This document shows, piece by piece, positions 21,738-31,992 of a DNA stretch of 64,000 nt (within the stretch, counting starts at the first letter, position 1; each line of letters opens with the position of its first letter). The notes beneath the pieces are model-generated. The model was not told the DNA's origin. It did no database searches and saw only the letters and a program-made list of their open reading frames with translations. A program made the translations under genes and the position numbers. This stretch comes from a virus (lineage: Duplodnaviria; Heunggongvirae; Uroviricota; Caudoviricetes): IMG/VR virus record IMGVR_UViG_3300024272_001997; one strand, 5' to 3'.

Positions 21738-21780
21738 GGGTCGATTATGAATAATCATAATCGACCCCTTATTTTTTTTT
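21733..21780. terminator. Bidirectional terminator at the convergence of the two arms
   Basis: AATAAGGGTCGATTATGA-ataa-TCATAATCGACCCCTTATT plus T-run. Confidence 0.8.
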
Positions 21781-21783
21781 GGT

Positions 21784-22242
21784 TTAATCAACAACGTCGT
21801 CATTATCAACTTTTAAGTCTAAAGCCATAGCCTTATCATAATAGATTTTAGCTTGACCGTTGCCACCCAAACCAGTATATAATTTATAGAACTCGGTTAA
21901 CTGTTCCATCTGTGCAGGAGTAATATATCCCTGAGCTAAGAATCCTTTGCATAATTGTACTAAGCGGAAACGATAAGAAGCAATAATCAGATTCATATGA
22001 GTCTTCTCGATGTTCTCAGTTTCTCTGATATATTTTCTTAGTTCCTCTAATTCCTGATATACTGGTTCTAAATGGATCTCAATGGTGTCCTCGACATGTT
22101 GTCTCTCTTGGGCGGCGGCTAATTCTCTAGCGTTTCTTAATTCACGATTCAATTCACGAGTTTTGAACTTAGCATAACCAATTACACCGGCACTGATAAG
22201 AGCAAACAAAATCTCCATACCCCACTCAGCTAATAATTCCAT
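21784..22242 (-). CDS. Membrane protein with C-terminal Y..Y..LGGNG motif (lysis-module-associated type)
   Basis: 152 aa; N-terminal TM, coiled coil, FYKLYTGLGGNG. Confidence 0.55.
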   Translation of the reverse strand: MELLAEWGMEILFALISAGVIGYAKFKTRELNRELRNARELAAAQERQHVEDTIEIHLEPVYQELEELRKYIRETENIEKTHMNLIIASYRFRLVQLCKGFLAQGYITPAQMEQLTEFYKLYTGLGGNGQAKIYYDKAMALDLKVDNDDVVD

Positions 22243-22249
22243 TTAAAGT

Positions 22250-22299
22250 ATCCCCCTTTCTAACTTCTCTGACATTTATAAGAAGTTGGATAGGGGGAT
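22250..22299 (-). promoter_or_regulatory. Hairpin occluding the RBS of the 22242 gene, TATAAAT in the loop
   Basis: Minus strand ATCCCCCT atc c AACTTCT tataaatgtcag AGAAGTT a gaa AGGGGGAT; the right arm is the RBS. Confidence 0.55.
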
Positions 22300-22306
22300 T
22301 TATTAG

Positions 22307-22792
22307 TTAGGACCAATCGAATACTTCGACCTTATTTTTGGTATAATGAGCGCCAATACAAATAGCATCACATTCATCCTGTGTTGGTTTTACATTATAG
22401 GTTTTTACAACCCAATCTTGTGCGGCTTTCTTCTAGGCTGGACGATCTTTTCCCTTGATACCAAGAGAAGATTTCCAGACGGTAGAAAGAACGGCGGTTC
22501 GAGGCATTTTCATTTCAACAAATAATTCATGTAAAACGCCAAATACCTCAGCCAATGCTTTAAAGGTGGCTACATTATTGACAACATTATTTTGAAGTTG
22601 AATATCTTCAAAGACGACTTCGTCAATATCAAACTTCTCAATTAAACCAATAACTTCCTTGCGAATAAAGTGAAGTCTATCTCCAACATCGGTTTGAGTT
22701 GCGGAGAACTTGCCATAATTGTAAAGTTCACCATCATCAAATACTGCCCAACCAGTCACGCGACTGGCCTGGTCCAATGCAAGAGTTCTCAC
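22307..22792 (-). CDS. ruvC: RuvC-like Holliday junction resolvase, 161 aa, 1 in-frame TAG
   Basis: LALDQAS..TGWA and VVFED motifs; the last acidic motif DECDAICIG appears only after reading through TAG at 22433-22435. Confidence 0.85.
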
Positions 22793-23328
22793 TTAGAAGT
22801 AGAACCGAATCCGCCAGTGCGTTCGCCCATTACCACATCATCAGAAGTGATACCATATGGAAGAATGGTTGCCTGACCGATTGCGTCACCTTTCTTAATT
22901 TGAATATTAAATGGAGATAGATTGTAAATCTGGAAGAAAATCTCACCTTCATTATCGGGGTTATTGTAGTAATCAGCATCGATAATACCAATGCCGTTAC
23001 CCAACATCAACCAATATTTCAAGGGAGAGGAACTGCGGACACTTAGTTGTAACCAAGAGCCAGGATCTAACTTACACTTCATTCCAGTAGAAACAAGAGT
23101 TGGCTTGAAACCAATCTTCTTAGTAAAGTCAGCCATTTGTTCCAGACTTACATATTCATCGACCTCAACAGGCCATAATAATTTTGCTTCTTCACACATC
23201 AAAGGAAGAGAAGGAATTACATAATCCTCTGCGGCGACCATGTCATATCCTGCGGATTGACTGGTTTTACGGACCGGCATAGCTAAGTCCGCGTCCGCAT
23301 ACTTAGAAACTTTTTCAAAATGTGCCAT
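22789..23328 (-). CDS. dut: Trimeric dUTPase
   Basis: SAGYD, RSS, GIIDADY, RTGGFGST motifs. Confidence 0.95.
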   Translation of the reverse strand: MAHFEKVSKYADADLAMPVRKTSQSAGYDMVAAEDYVIPSLPLMCEEAKLLWPVEVDEYVSLEQMADFTKKIGFKPTLVSTGMKCKLDPGSWLQLSVRSSSPLKYWLMLGNGIGIIDADYYNNPDNEGEIFFQIYNLSPFNIQIKKGDAIGQATILPYGITSDDVVMGERTGGFGSTSK

Positions 23329-23333
23329 GATGA

Positions 23334-23576
23334 TTAACCCCTTTCATAAGTGACGGTATAAACATCCTCGGGGTCTTTCTCATTAGTGAAAATCTTAGTA
23401 GCAGTAACTACTTGATATTCTTCAATAACTTCACCCTTAGCCTTAATTTGCTTAGTCTTATAACTAAAAGCAGTTAGGTCAAAAGTGGGATCATCTAGTA
23501 ATTGTTCATGAAGAGCCTCAACATCGGCAATGGTGGGAACTCTATAAGTATCAACAGCTTTTAATAAATATTTCAT
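23334..23576 (-). CDS. Hypothetical protein
   Basis: 80 aa, coupled to its neighbours. Confidence 0.7.
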   Translation of the reverse strand: MKYLLKAVDTYRVPTIADVEALHEQLLDDPTFDLTAFSYKTKQIKAKGEVIEEYQVVTATKIFTNEKDPEDVYTVTYERG

Positions 23577-23851
23577 CTTATTACCTCTACAACAATATTA
23601 TTTCGACTATAATTCATTTTTGAGTAAGCAAGAATATCTTCGGAAACAGCATTACCGAAAACACTATTGCCACTCAAATATACATGATCAATTTTCTTTT
23701 CATTACTGATTGTACTGATTACCTCTGGAAGTCCTTCCATGGTGGTAATTGCTACGCACTCTTTATCTCCAGTATCTGTATCAACGATATAGACTCTCTG
23801 GTGCAAATCGAACATATGTAATTCACAATAAATTCTTTTCATTTCATTCAC
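23573..23851 (-). CDS. Hypothetical protein
   Basis: 92 aa, overlapping start/stop codons with neighbours. Confidence 0.7.
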   Translation of the reverse strand: MNEMKRIYCELHMFDLHQRVYIVDTDTGDKECVAITTMEGLPEVISTISNEKKIDHVYLSGNSVFGNAVSEDILAYSKMNYSRNNIVVEVIR

Positions 23852-24341
23852 CTACCTGAACTAAGCCACTATCATAAGGGAACAGATATAGACAGGTTGG
23901 GCCGTCATCTGTTTCCACCCAAATCTCCACGGCAGTGCCAGGTTCGTCGGGGTCAATGGCTTTAATTTTTCCCACATTTCGCAGACAATCAAGAACCTCT
24001 TGTGCGAAATACTGAGGCTCAATTAGTTTGAATACAGTAAAATAAGAAATCTCTTTACCGTAAAGCATATAGTATTTATTACGATACATTTCATGTAATG
24101 CTTCAATGGTTTGGATTGCCTTATTTAAATCAGCCAACTCAGGAAGCTGGGCGATAATTTGTTTATTCAAATCATATAGACCTAAATTCAAGCCTGCGCC
24201 ATCAGTTCTCATTGTAACCCAATGACCGTCATGATATACGCGAATTTCACCTGAAATGGAATCTTGAATTACTTCTCCTTCCATTGGTTCAAAATTGACT
24301 TGTGAAAGGTCCATTTTCTTGACAGTGAGTTTACTTCCCAT
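23844..24341 (-). CDS. Hypothetical protein
   Basis: 165 aa, AAGGAGG RBS. Confidence 0.75.
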   Translation of the reverse strand: MGSKLTVKKMDLSQVNFEPMEGEVIQDSISGEIRVYHDGHWVTMRTDGAGLNLGLYDLNKQIIAQLPELADLNKAIQTIEALHEMYRNKYYMLYGKEISYFTVFKLIEPQYFAQEVLDCLRNVGKIKAIDPDEPGTAVEIWVETDDGPTCLYLFPYDSGLVQVGE

Positions 24342-24371
24342 ATCAAGACCTCCTTTTACTCTTTATACTAA

Positions 24372-24400
24372 ATTATATCAATTTTTTTTATGTAAGTCAA
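24372..24400 (-). promoter_or_regulatory. SigmaA-type promoter
   Basis: TTGACT-17-TATAAT; identical 29-mer at 31964-31992. Confidence 0.8.
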
Positions 24401-24860
24401 TTATACGCTGGTTGCGAGAGCCTCTCATTTCTAGAGTCAAATCTCGCTCTGCTTCAATATATGGACCGTCGATTAGGACGTCCGCTAATTCCAGACATGA
24501 TTTGACATGAGGGTCGCCAGACCGCAATAATTCTTCATAAGTGTAGCCGCTCCAAATATATATCTTCACTTCTGGAAGCTTATGTCTTACCTCTTGGAGA
24601 ATCAAATTTACCAGAAAAGCATTTGCTTCACACAAAGGTTCACCGCCCATAATACATAAATTACGCTTGATTCCTTGTGCGGTTAGTCCTTCTAAAATCT
24701 TATGTAAAGTATTATTTGTAAACTCCTTACCTCCATCAAAGGCCCAGGTGCCAGGATTATGACACCCAGGACAATGATGAGGACAGCCTTGTGTAAAAAA
24801 GCTTACACATAAACCTGGAGCAGCGGTGATATCATTTAGTATCAATCCACTGTATCTCAT
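24378..24860 (-). CDS. nrdG: Anaerobic RNR activating enzyme (radical SAM)
   Basis: GCPHHCPGCHN CxxxCxxC; GGEPL; DGPY; adjacent to nrdD. Confidence 0.95.
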   Translation of the reverse strand: MRYSGLILNDITAAPGLCVSFFTQGCPHHCPGCHNPGTWAFDGGKEFTNNTLHKILEGLTAQGIKRNLCIMGGEPLCEANAFLVNLILQEVRHKLPEVKIYIWSGYTYEELLRSGDPHVKSCLELADVLIDGPYIEAERDLTLEMRGSRNQRIIDLHKKN

Positions 24861-24907
24861 AGTTATCTCTCTTTCTTATAGCGTAGCTAAGTTGTAGTTA
24901 GCAACAG

Positions 24908-27112
24908 TTAGGAAAATTGAGAATGCTTGACGCGGTGTTCAACCTCTGCTTGTTTTCCGTTGTTGAAATGGCGATAGTCAGTAGTCAAATAACCAGTTAC
25001 ACGACGAAGCTGTTGAATATTCTGGCTTCCGCACTCGGGACAAGCATCATTGAACTCGCCTTGATAACCACAATCTAAGCAAGAGTCGATTGGGAAGTTG
25101 AAAGCTAAATAAGGGATATCTAGCTCTTTGAAAGCATAATCAATAATCTGCTCGATAGCCTTAGTATTCTTTACGAAAGTAGAATCCAATTCTACATAAG
25201 TGATACAACCACCAGTAGGATACTTACAGAAAGGAGCTTCAATAGCTAACTTCTCAAAGATACCAACTTCCTGCCAAACAGGAACATGGTGACTGTTAGT
25301 CAAGAACTCCTTATCAGTAACATTAGGAATGATTCCATATTGCTTACGTAAGCCCTTCAGCGCGGTATGGCATAGACCTTCCGCAGGAGTAGCATAACAA
25401 GAGAAATTCAAATCGTGACGCTCGGAAGCTTCCTTAGCGTATTCATTGATTCTCTTGACAACCTTCAAAGCGAAAGCATGAACTTCGGAGTCTTCTGCGT
25501 GATTCTTACCAAACAGAGCCTGGCACATTTCAGCAATACCGATATAACCCATAGCTAAAGTGCCGTGCTTCAATGCTTCATAGTTAGACATTTTGCACTT
25601 CTGAGCATCCTTCATAGTACCATTTTGATACATAAATGGAGCGGCCTCAGGTGGCTGATTAACCATAATATCAAAGCGCTCTAATAAACCTTGTTCACAT
25701 AGCATCAATAAATCCTCAAACGCAGACCAGAAGCCGTCTAAGTCTGGGGTCTCACGCTCACCAAGGCAGATACCATATTCGATACCGAGCTTTGGCAAAA
25801 TCATAGTATTAGGAACAAGGTTACCACGTCCGACGCGATTATAAGATTTGCTGTGTCTGTCATAACCCAACATTGTGCGGCAACCCATTGTTGCGAAATA
25901 TGTGTCAATATTATTTGGGTCTTCATGTGCTTCGGAATAATCACAATTGACAAAGTTGGGATAAATGCGCTTACTTAAAGATTCGATAGCCAACTGCTTC
26001 AAATCATAGTTAGGATCTTCGGGATTAGCATTACAACCCTGCTTATATTGGAAAATACTAATTGGGAAAATAGGAGTTAGATGATGCTTACCAATACCAG
26101 ACAAGGAAGCCTCTAACATCTTGCGAGATACGAAACGACCTTCAACAGATTCGTCTCTACCAAAATTAATAGAAGTGAAAGGAACCTGAGAACCTGCGCG
26201 AGACTCTAATGTATTCAAGTTGTGATACATAGCTTCGGCAGCCTGGGTGCCTTCGCGCTCAACCTGGCGGACCGCAAACTTATGTGCAGGATCATCTGCA
26301 TATGCGGGATTACCCATATCCAAATCGGGGAACTTGGCATGAATAACTAATTCAGCATCCTCTTCACTCATCTCTTGGACGTCAGTATAATACTGCATTA
26401 GCTTCTTCTTATAACTCTTCTTTACGAAAGGAGCCAAGTCATAATCCAAGTGAACAGTACCAACACCACCGAACTGAACTTGAGACTGGCACTGGTCAAT
26501 AACAGCAGTTTGTTGACAAGCACTACTGAAATTAGAAGGTGGTCTTACATCACCATTACGGGTTATAAAGCCATCGGTAAATAGCTTCTTCATATCAACG
26601 AACAAGCAGTTATGCTGGCCGATATTAGTCTTTTCCATATCATGTTGATATAACAACATATTCTTGTGAGCATTTGAGACTTCTGGAGACAAAGTATAAT
26701 CGAGGGCAATAATCTTCTGAATATCTGCGGAAGCCTCTTTCTCTCTACCAGAGAAGCTCTTTTCGTCAACATTAGCATTAGCATTTTCTACTGCAGTAGC
26801 TTCAATGCGCTTCATTACTGCTTTGACTAACTTGCTGCGACGAGTGCGCTCTTTACTACGCTGGTCGCGATATAGGATATATTCTTTTGCTACTTCTGGA
26901 TACTCGCTCTTCATCAAGTATCCTTCAACTAAATCTTGGATTTGCTCAACGCTCATATCAACATTGCGCTGACCAATTAAATCGGCAATCTCTTCGGCAG
27001 TTTCAGTCTCATAGACTGCGCCGTAAGTGCTAATCATAGCTTTGTTGATAGCTTGAACAATCTTATCGGGATTGAATAGAACTCTTGTTCCATCTCGTTT
27101 AATTACATACAT
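24908..27112 (-). CDS. nrdD: Class III anaerobic ribonucleotide reductase
   Basis: ATP-cone (VIKRDG), MGCRT, TPAEG, CxxC..CxxC, RRVTGYL glycyl-radical motif. Confidence 0.97.
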   Translation of the reverse strand: MYVIKRDGTRVLFNPDKIVQAINKAMISTYGAVYETETAEEIADLIGQRNVDMSVEQIQDLVEGYLMKSEYPEVAKEYILYRDQRSKERTRRSKLVKAVMKRIEATAVENANANVDEKSFSGREKEASADIQKIIALDYTLSPEVSNAHKNMLLYQHDMEKTNIGQHNCLFVDMKKLFTDGFITRNGDVRPPSNFSSACQQTAVIDQCQSQVQFGGVGTVHLDYDLAPFVKKSYKKKLMQYYTDVQEMSEEDAELVIHAKFPDLDMGNPAYADDPAHKFAVRQVEREGTQAAEAMYHNLNTLESRAGSQVPFTSINFGRDESVEGRFVSRKMLEASLSGIGKHHLTPIFPISIFQYKQGCNANPEDPNYDLKQLAIESLSKRIYPNFVNCDYSEAHEDPNNIDTYFATMGCRTMLGYDRHSKSYNRVGRGNLVPNTMILPKLGIEYGICLGERETPDLDGFWSAFEDLLMLCEQGLLERFDIMVNQPPEAAPFMYQNGTMKDAQKCKMSNYEALKHGTLAMGYIGIAEMCQALFGKNHAEDSEVHAFALKVVKRINEYAKEASERHDLNFSCYATPAEGLCHTALKGLRKQYGIIPNVTDKEFLTNSHHVPVWQEVGIFEKLAIEAPFCKYPTGGCITYVELDSTFVKNTKAIEQIIDYAFKELDIPYLAFNFPIDSCLDCGYQGEFNDACPECGSQNIQQLRRVTGYLTTDYRHFNNGKQAEVEHRVKHSQFS

Positions 27113-27133
27113 ATATATTACCTCCAATTAAAA

Positions 27134-27181
27134 ACCCTACATCTTGTGTAGAGGGCAAAATTTCTCTACTAAATATGGGTT
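27134..27181. promoter_or_regulatory. Tandem NrdR-box-like sites upstream of nrdD
   Basis: ACCCTACATCTTGTGT (27134) and CTACTAAATATGGGTT (27166), 32 bp apart, resembling acaCwAtATaTwGtgt. Confidence 0.6.
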
Positions 27182-27199
27182 TATGGATTGATCACTTAA

Positions 27200-27766
27200 T
27201 CAATCTCGTCCTTGGGCGAATGTGGTCTCGGTCTGGTACACAATCTCTTCAGGGCCAGTCCAACCGTCCAATTCAGTGGCGTTTCTAATTTCAAAAAATG
27301 GGAAATCAATCTCGCCAAAATCAGAATAGTCAGCTAAGAAGCGACGACAAACTTCCTTGACGTCAGGATCTTCTTCTCGATTCAACTGACGCATTAGACG
27401 CAACTTATCGGGCGTCCGCAAACGAATAGCTAGAACTTCACAATCCCCACGAGCCAAGAGATCATGGATGCCTTGAGGATTGAAAACTCCAACATTGATA
27501 TTATCTTCAACCACAGACTCGGTACTTGTGCCGTAATACCAATTATTGAACATTACACATTCAAGCATTTGGTCATTGTTAATTTTTTCTTTGAACTCAT
27601 CCATTGTGTGATAAAAATAATTCACACCATGCTGTTCACCCTGTCTCATAGGACGAGTAGTACAGCTAATAATTTTATGCCAGTCAGGTCTCATAGCGAG
27701 GACCTTATTCAACATAAAGTCCTTGCCGGAGCCTGCCTCGCCAAACAAAGCAACGATTTTATACAT
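27200..27766 (-). CDS. gmk: Guanylate kinase-like nucleotide kinase
   Basis: GEAGSGKD P-loop, SCTTRPMRQGE, NNWYYGT. Confidence 0.85.
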   Translation of the reverse strand: MYKIVALFGEAGSGKDFMLNKVLAMRPDWHKIISCTTRPMRQGEQHGVNYFYHTMDEFKEKINNDQMLECVMFNNWYYGTSTESVVEDNINVGVFNPQGIHDLLARGDCEVLAIRLRTPDKLRLMRQLNREEDPDVKEVCRRFLADYSDFGEIDFPFFEIRNATELDGWTGPEEIVYQTETTFAQGRD

Positions 27767-27767
27767 T

Positions 27768-27935
27768 TTATTCATCCTCGAACTCATATTCAATACTGCC
27801 ATTTTTAGTAGTGCTTGTTGTAGTCGTTCCGCAATTCAAACACTCATAGCAGTGCTGTGCAGGATAAGTACAGAGTGTATGAGTGCAACGCATGGGCTTA
27901 CCGCACTCTTCACAGACAATCTGCACAACATACAT
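27768..27935 (-). CDS. Small zinc-ribbon protein
   Basis: CEECG..CLNCG. Confidence 0.65.
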   Translation of the reverse strand: MYVVQIVCEECGKPMRCTHTLCTYPAQHCYECLNCGTTTTSTTKNGSIEYEFEDE

Positions 27936-27962
27936 AGCTTTTACTTTTCTTTTTTGGATCAT

Positions 27963-30900
27963 TTATTCGTCTCCTTGATAACGAGCATCTAATAGTTTCA
28001 AATCACCATTAGGATAAATTTTATCAATTTTATATAACTGGTGTCCACCAGTTGAAGCATACTTCTTAGAAATGAAATCATCACCAGAACGAATACCAGT
28101 TACCACAATCATATTACCTCGATTGAACCAGGACTTTTCCATGATCTTCTTAGTTCCATCGGGTTGACGAGCAGAAATCTGCTTATCAAATAATGTGAAA
28201 TATTCTTTTCTAAATTTCACATTTACAACACCTGTGTTAGTCAAAATAGTAACTGTACTCTTAGTTTTATTCTTCGCGATACAAGTTCCGCAAATACGAT
28301 TCAAGTGAAAGATATGGATTTCTTTGTCACCCTTTTTAAAAGTCTTTTCAATTACGGGGTCTTCTGGCAAAGCAAAGAAATCAACAAAGCCATACTTGTC
28401 ATTATTTACATGAGCCAATTCGTGCTCATGATAATAGAAGCACAATACTTCCATCTCCCATGCGGAGATACTGCCCTGGGCATATTTCTCCCAGTCTTCC
28501 ATGAAGATTTTTGTATTCAATGCTTCAAGGATTTCTTCCTTATCAGTAGCAATCCAATTTCTGAAAATGTTCATATACTTCTGATATACATTATCCCAAG
28601 TCTTGACTTTGATAAACCAAGCGAGATTATCGCTTTCCATCAAGTCTTCACATTCAATTTCATGTAAGAATGAAATTGCTCGTGGATCAAGACTATACAT
28701 ATCTTTGTAAGCACATTCATCAGCCTTTGTAATTGCTTTTAGATAACGATTGAACTCATAAACTCTACGAGCCATAATTTGCTCTTCTGTGGATTCAGGT
28801 AATAAACCATGCTTGATAAGACCACCCATATTCTGTAAAGTCAAACGGCTCTTCTTATCACAAGTCTCCCACAGATACCATGCCATTACGAAACGACGAT
28901 CTTCCATATCATCAAAGGCACCGCCCTTGATTAGAGAAATCATTGCTTGCTTACCGGGCTTTACTTTCTGTAAGAAATCCTTGGGAGAAGCATATGGTCT
29001 ATTTGCGATGATTGCGGCGATAACATCATCGCCGACATTTAGCATACCTTTCAAACCAAACAGAATACGATTATTTTCCACGTCGGGAGCAAATCCAAAT
29101 TGAGATTTATTGATATCAACCAGACTCACCTTGATGCCAGCCGCACGAATATCTCCAATTGCCTTAGCAATCTTACCATAGTCAGTGCTTGCGGTCTTAC
29201 GAATCTTACCAGACCGATCGGGCAGATCCTGGAAAGTCACGCCTTCGCTTAGGTCTTGTCCTTCTGGCTCATAAATATCAACAATCTCTTCTTCACTATT
29301 ATCTTCCAAAGAACCACTATTGACAATCAGACAAGCTGTATTCCAGTAGATGGGATTGAAATTCATGGCAAGATAAATAGATTGCATACCAACGAATGAA
29401 TAAGGTAATGAGTGATTCAAGCTAAATGCGTATCCTAACTGAGGGGCAACCGCATTTTCCCAGAAGTAATTCGCAGAATTGACATGGTCAAATCTACTAT
29501 ATACATCCTCGCGCAACTGCGGAATCTTACTCATTTGCTTTTTACCGACAATCTTTCTTGCGGTATTTGCTTCACCTAATGTGAAGCCAGCGACATCCAT
29601 CAACAGTTCCATCATTTGCTCCTGGATTGCACAACAACCCCAATATTGATCACAATGCTTATGCATCAACGCAATCATATTAGAATCAAGTCCTGCTTGA
29701 ACCATTTCTCGATGAAACTCAGTCAAACCTTTCCGTTGAATACGGACGTATCTGTCCTGCTGAGACTCTTTGCCTTTTTCGCTCATCAGTCTCATCATGG
29801 CGTTTGCCGCAGTCATCTCCATAGGATTTTGAGGCTTCAACTTTTTCGCAATGGCTAGACCGACACCTGTGCTGAACTGAAACACGTCCAGAACATCACC
29901 GGCCGCAAGGTGATCCCAAATGCGCTGGTCAGTTGTATCCATTACTTCTGGATGGATATATTTATTATATAATTCACGCAAACTCAAATCTGGAATTACT
30001 TTATCTGCTACCAAAAGTTCAAAACATTTAATAATCTTATCAGAAATTTCAGTAACCAGGAAGTCGTACTTAGTATCACCTGCGGCCTCAGCTTTATGTA
30101 GGTCATAACAGGTAATCAAGTCACCACTAGGAGTTCTCATAAAAGCTGCTGTATCAAATGGATCATCACCATATAAGATAACACCAGATGCGTGAGAAGA
30201 ACATTTATTTACAAGTCCATCAATGGACTTGATAATATTTAGCAAACCAGGATACTGATTTACTTCTCGAATGAAAGCAACAACAGGCTTTCTGTCTTTA
30301 CTTTCATTACCATTAACAACATCATCAATAGACCACAAAAAACCACGTTCCTGTGGGATTAGAGATGACATATATTGGGCTTGGTCGACATCAATTCCAT
30401 CAGGAAAATCTTCACTTCGGTATCCTCGGCAGGCGGTAAGGATGGCTGATTTAGTTCCTTCTGTGCCGAAGGTTCCAACTTGGATAAGTCCAAGTTCACC
30501 TCTTTCTTTCCGAATTCTTCGAAAGATTTCTGGTCGCTTTGAGGGAGCGAGGTCAATATCAATATCGGGCAACTCAGCTCTTTCTTTGTTAAGAAAGCGC
30601 CAATATGGTAACTTCCATCGTACTGGATCAAGTTGGGTGATACCCAAGAGATAGTTAGAGAGGAATCCAGTCGCTGAACCTCGTCCTGGACCAACGATAC
30701 TGCCGCACTCCCAGAAGAGGTCAATATAGTGTTTGAATGTGTTGAAATAAGCGAAGAGACAATCTTCAAGCTTTCTTCCAATGTCGTCAATTACGTCTGC
30801 CTCCGTTTCAAGTCTATCCCAATATTCTCTCTTATCAATGAAGCCTTTTTCGTGCATACTCTTCAAGCATTCACCCAACCAATATCTCTCTTGATCATTA

Positions 30901-31928
30901 CCCGCACAAATAATGCGATCTAAAGTGGGCCACTGATAAGAATCCCATTGAATATCTTCTGGCAATAAATCCCAAAGATTATCATAAAATGGAACTTGAA
31001 CTTTAGGAATAATCTGCTTACGCTCCAAAGAGTAATCTTCAATTTTACTCTGAGCTTCTAAGGTCGCCGCAAAAATATCATCAATATCAACATCACTAAA
31101 TGACTTTGACAATAATGTTCGACACTCTTCTGGACTCATTAAATATGCGAACTCATAGAAGTCATCAACTTCTCGTTCACCATCTTTTGAGTTCAAATAA
31201 GATTTATGGACAAATCTATCTTCTTTTGTCAAATAATGAGAGTCAGTACCAACAACCATATTGATACCATATGCTTTCGCAATTCTCATTAGTTTGCGGT
31301 TGACCTCACATTGTTGACTTGCGCTTGAGGGAGCGCACTCAATATAAAAATCATCACCAAACAAGCCTCGACAATAATCAATAAAATCGCAAATCTGGTC
31401 ATAATAAACCTTTGCGTTTACCATATCATTTACTCGTTCAGCCTGCGACATATTCCAGGCGGCGGTAGATAATTCACCACCAAGACAAGCAGAGGTCGCA
31501 ATTACATGGCCACGATATTTGCTAATGATTTTAGTCATTTCTTCTTTCGTGATTGGCACACGCTTCATACCTCTATCAGTATAAGCGTAATACCATGCAA
31601 TAGAACTCAATTCACGAAGTGCCTTATGTCCGATGGCATCCTTCGCAACTAAAATAAAGTGATAATATTTTATACCACTTTCTCGTTTATCTACTAAATA
31701 AACCTCATTGCCTAAAGCGATTTTGAAGTCGGGATGGTTCTTTTTAACTTCCTTCGCATATTGATTTACTTCCATATGACCACTAATACATTCATGGTCA
31801 GTAATCGCAATGCCAGAAAGACCCAACTCAATCGCTTTGTCAATGAGGTCTTTTGGTCTATTGATACAATCGAGCAAGCGGATATTAGAATACATAGTAT
31901 GATTGTGAATATTGAAGTAAGTTGTCAT
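27963..31928 (-). CDS. dnaE: DNA polymerase III alpha subunit (family C)
   Basis: PHP (HNHT..AITDH), GPGRGSA, PDIDID, KYDFL, YAFSLNHS, C-terminal OB fold; 1321 aa. Confidence 0.95.
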   Translation of the reverse strand: MTTYFNIHNHTMYSNIRLLDCINRPKDLIDKAIELGLSGIAITDHECISGHMEVNQYAKEVKKNHPDFKIALGNEVYLVDKRESGIKYYHFILVAKDAIGHKALRELSSIAWYYAYTDRGMKRVPITKEEMTKIISKYRGHVIATSACLGGELSTAAWNMSQAERVNDMVNAKVYYDQICDFIDYCRGLFGDDFYIECAPSSASQQCEVNRKLMRIAKAYGINMVVGTDSHYLTKEDRFVHKSYLNSKDGEREVDDFYEFAYLMSPEECRTLLSKSFSDVDIDDIFAATLEAQSKIEDYSLERKQIIPKVQVPFYDNLWDLLPEDIQWDSYQWPTLDRIICAGNDQERYWLGECLKSMHEKGFIDKREYWDRLETEADVIDDIGRKLEDCLFAYFNTFKHYIDLFWECGSIVGPGRGSATGFLSNYLLGITQLDPVRWKLPYWRFLNKERAELPDIDIDLAPSKRPEIFRRIRKERGELGLIQVGTFGTEGTKSAILTACRGYRSEDFPDGIDVDQAQYMSSLIPQERGFLWSIDDVVNGNESKDRKPVVAFIREVNQYPGLLNIIKSIDGLVNKCSSHASGVILYGDDPFDTAAFMRTPSGDLITCYDLHKAEAAGDTKYDFLVTEISDKIIKCFELLVADKVIPDLSLRELYNKYIHPEVMDTTDQRIWDHLAAGDVLDVFQFSTGVGLAIAKKLKPQNPMEMTAANAMMRLMSEKGKESQQDRYVRIQRKGLTEFHREMVQAGLDSNMIALMHKHCDQYWGCCAIQEQMMELLMDVAGFTLGEANTARKIVGKKQMSKIPQLREDVYSRFDHVNSANYFWENAVAPQLGYAFSLNHSLPYSFVGMQSIYLAMNFNPIYWNTACLIVNSGSLEDNSEEEIVDIYEPEGQDLSEGVTFQDLPDRSGKIRKTASTDYGKIAKAIGDIRAAGIKVSLVDINKSQFGFAPDVENNRILFGLKGMLNVGDDVIAAIIANRPYASPKDFLQKVKPGKQAMISLIKGGAFDDMEDRRFVMAWYLWETCDKKSRLTLQNMGGLIKHGLLPESTEEQIMARRVYEFNRYLKAITKADECAYKDMYSLDPRAISFLHEIECEDLMESDNLAWFIKVKTWDNVYQKYMNIFRNWIATDKEEILEALNTKIFMEDWEKYAQGSISAWEMEVLCFYYHEHELAHVNNDKYGFVDFFALPEDPVIEKTFKKGDKEIHIFHLNRICGTCIAKNKTKSTVTILTNTGVVNVKFRKEYFTLFDKQISARQPDGTKKIMEKSWFNRGNMIVVTGIRSGDDFISKKYASTGGHQLYKIDKIYPNGDLKLLDARYQGDE

Positions 31929-31963
31929 TCTATTATCCTCTTTCTTTTTACTTATTATACTAT

Positions 31964-31992
31964 ATTATATCAATTTTTTTTATGTAAGTCAA
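31964..31992 (-). promoter_or_regulatory. SigmaA-type promoter for dnaE
   Basis: TTGACT-17-TATAAT. Confidence 0.8.
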
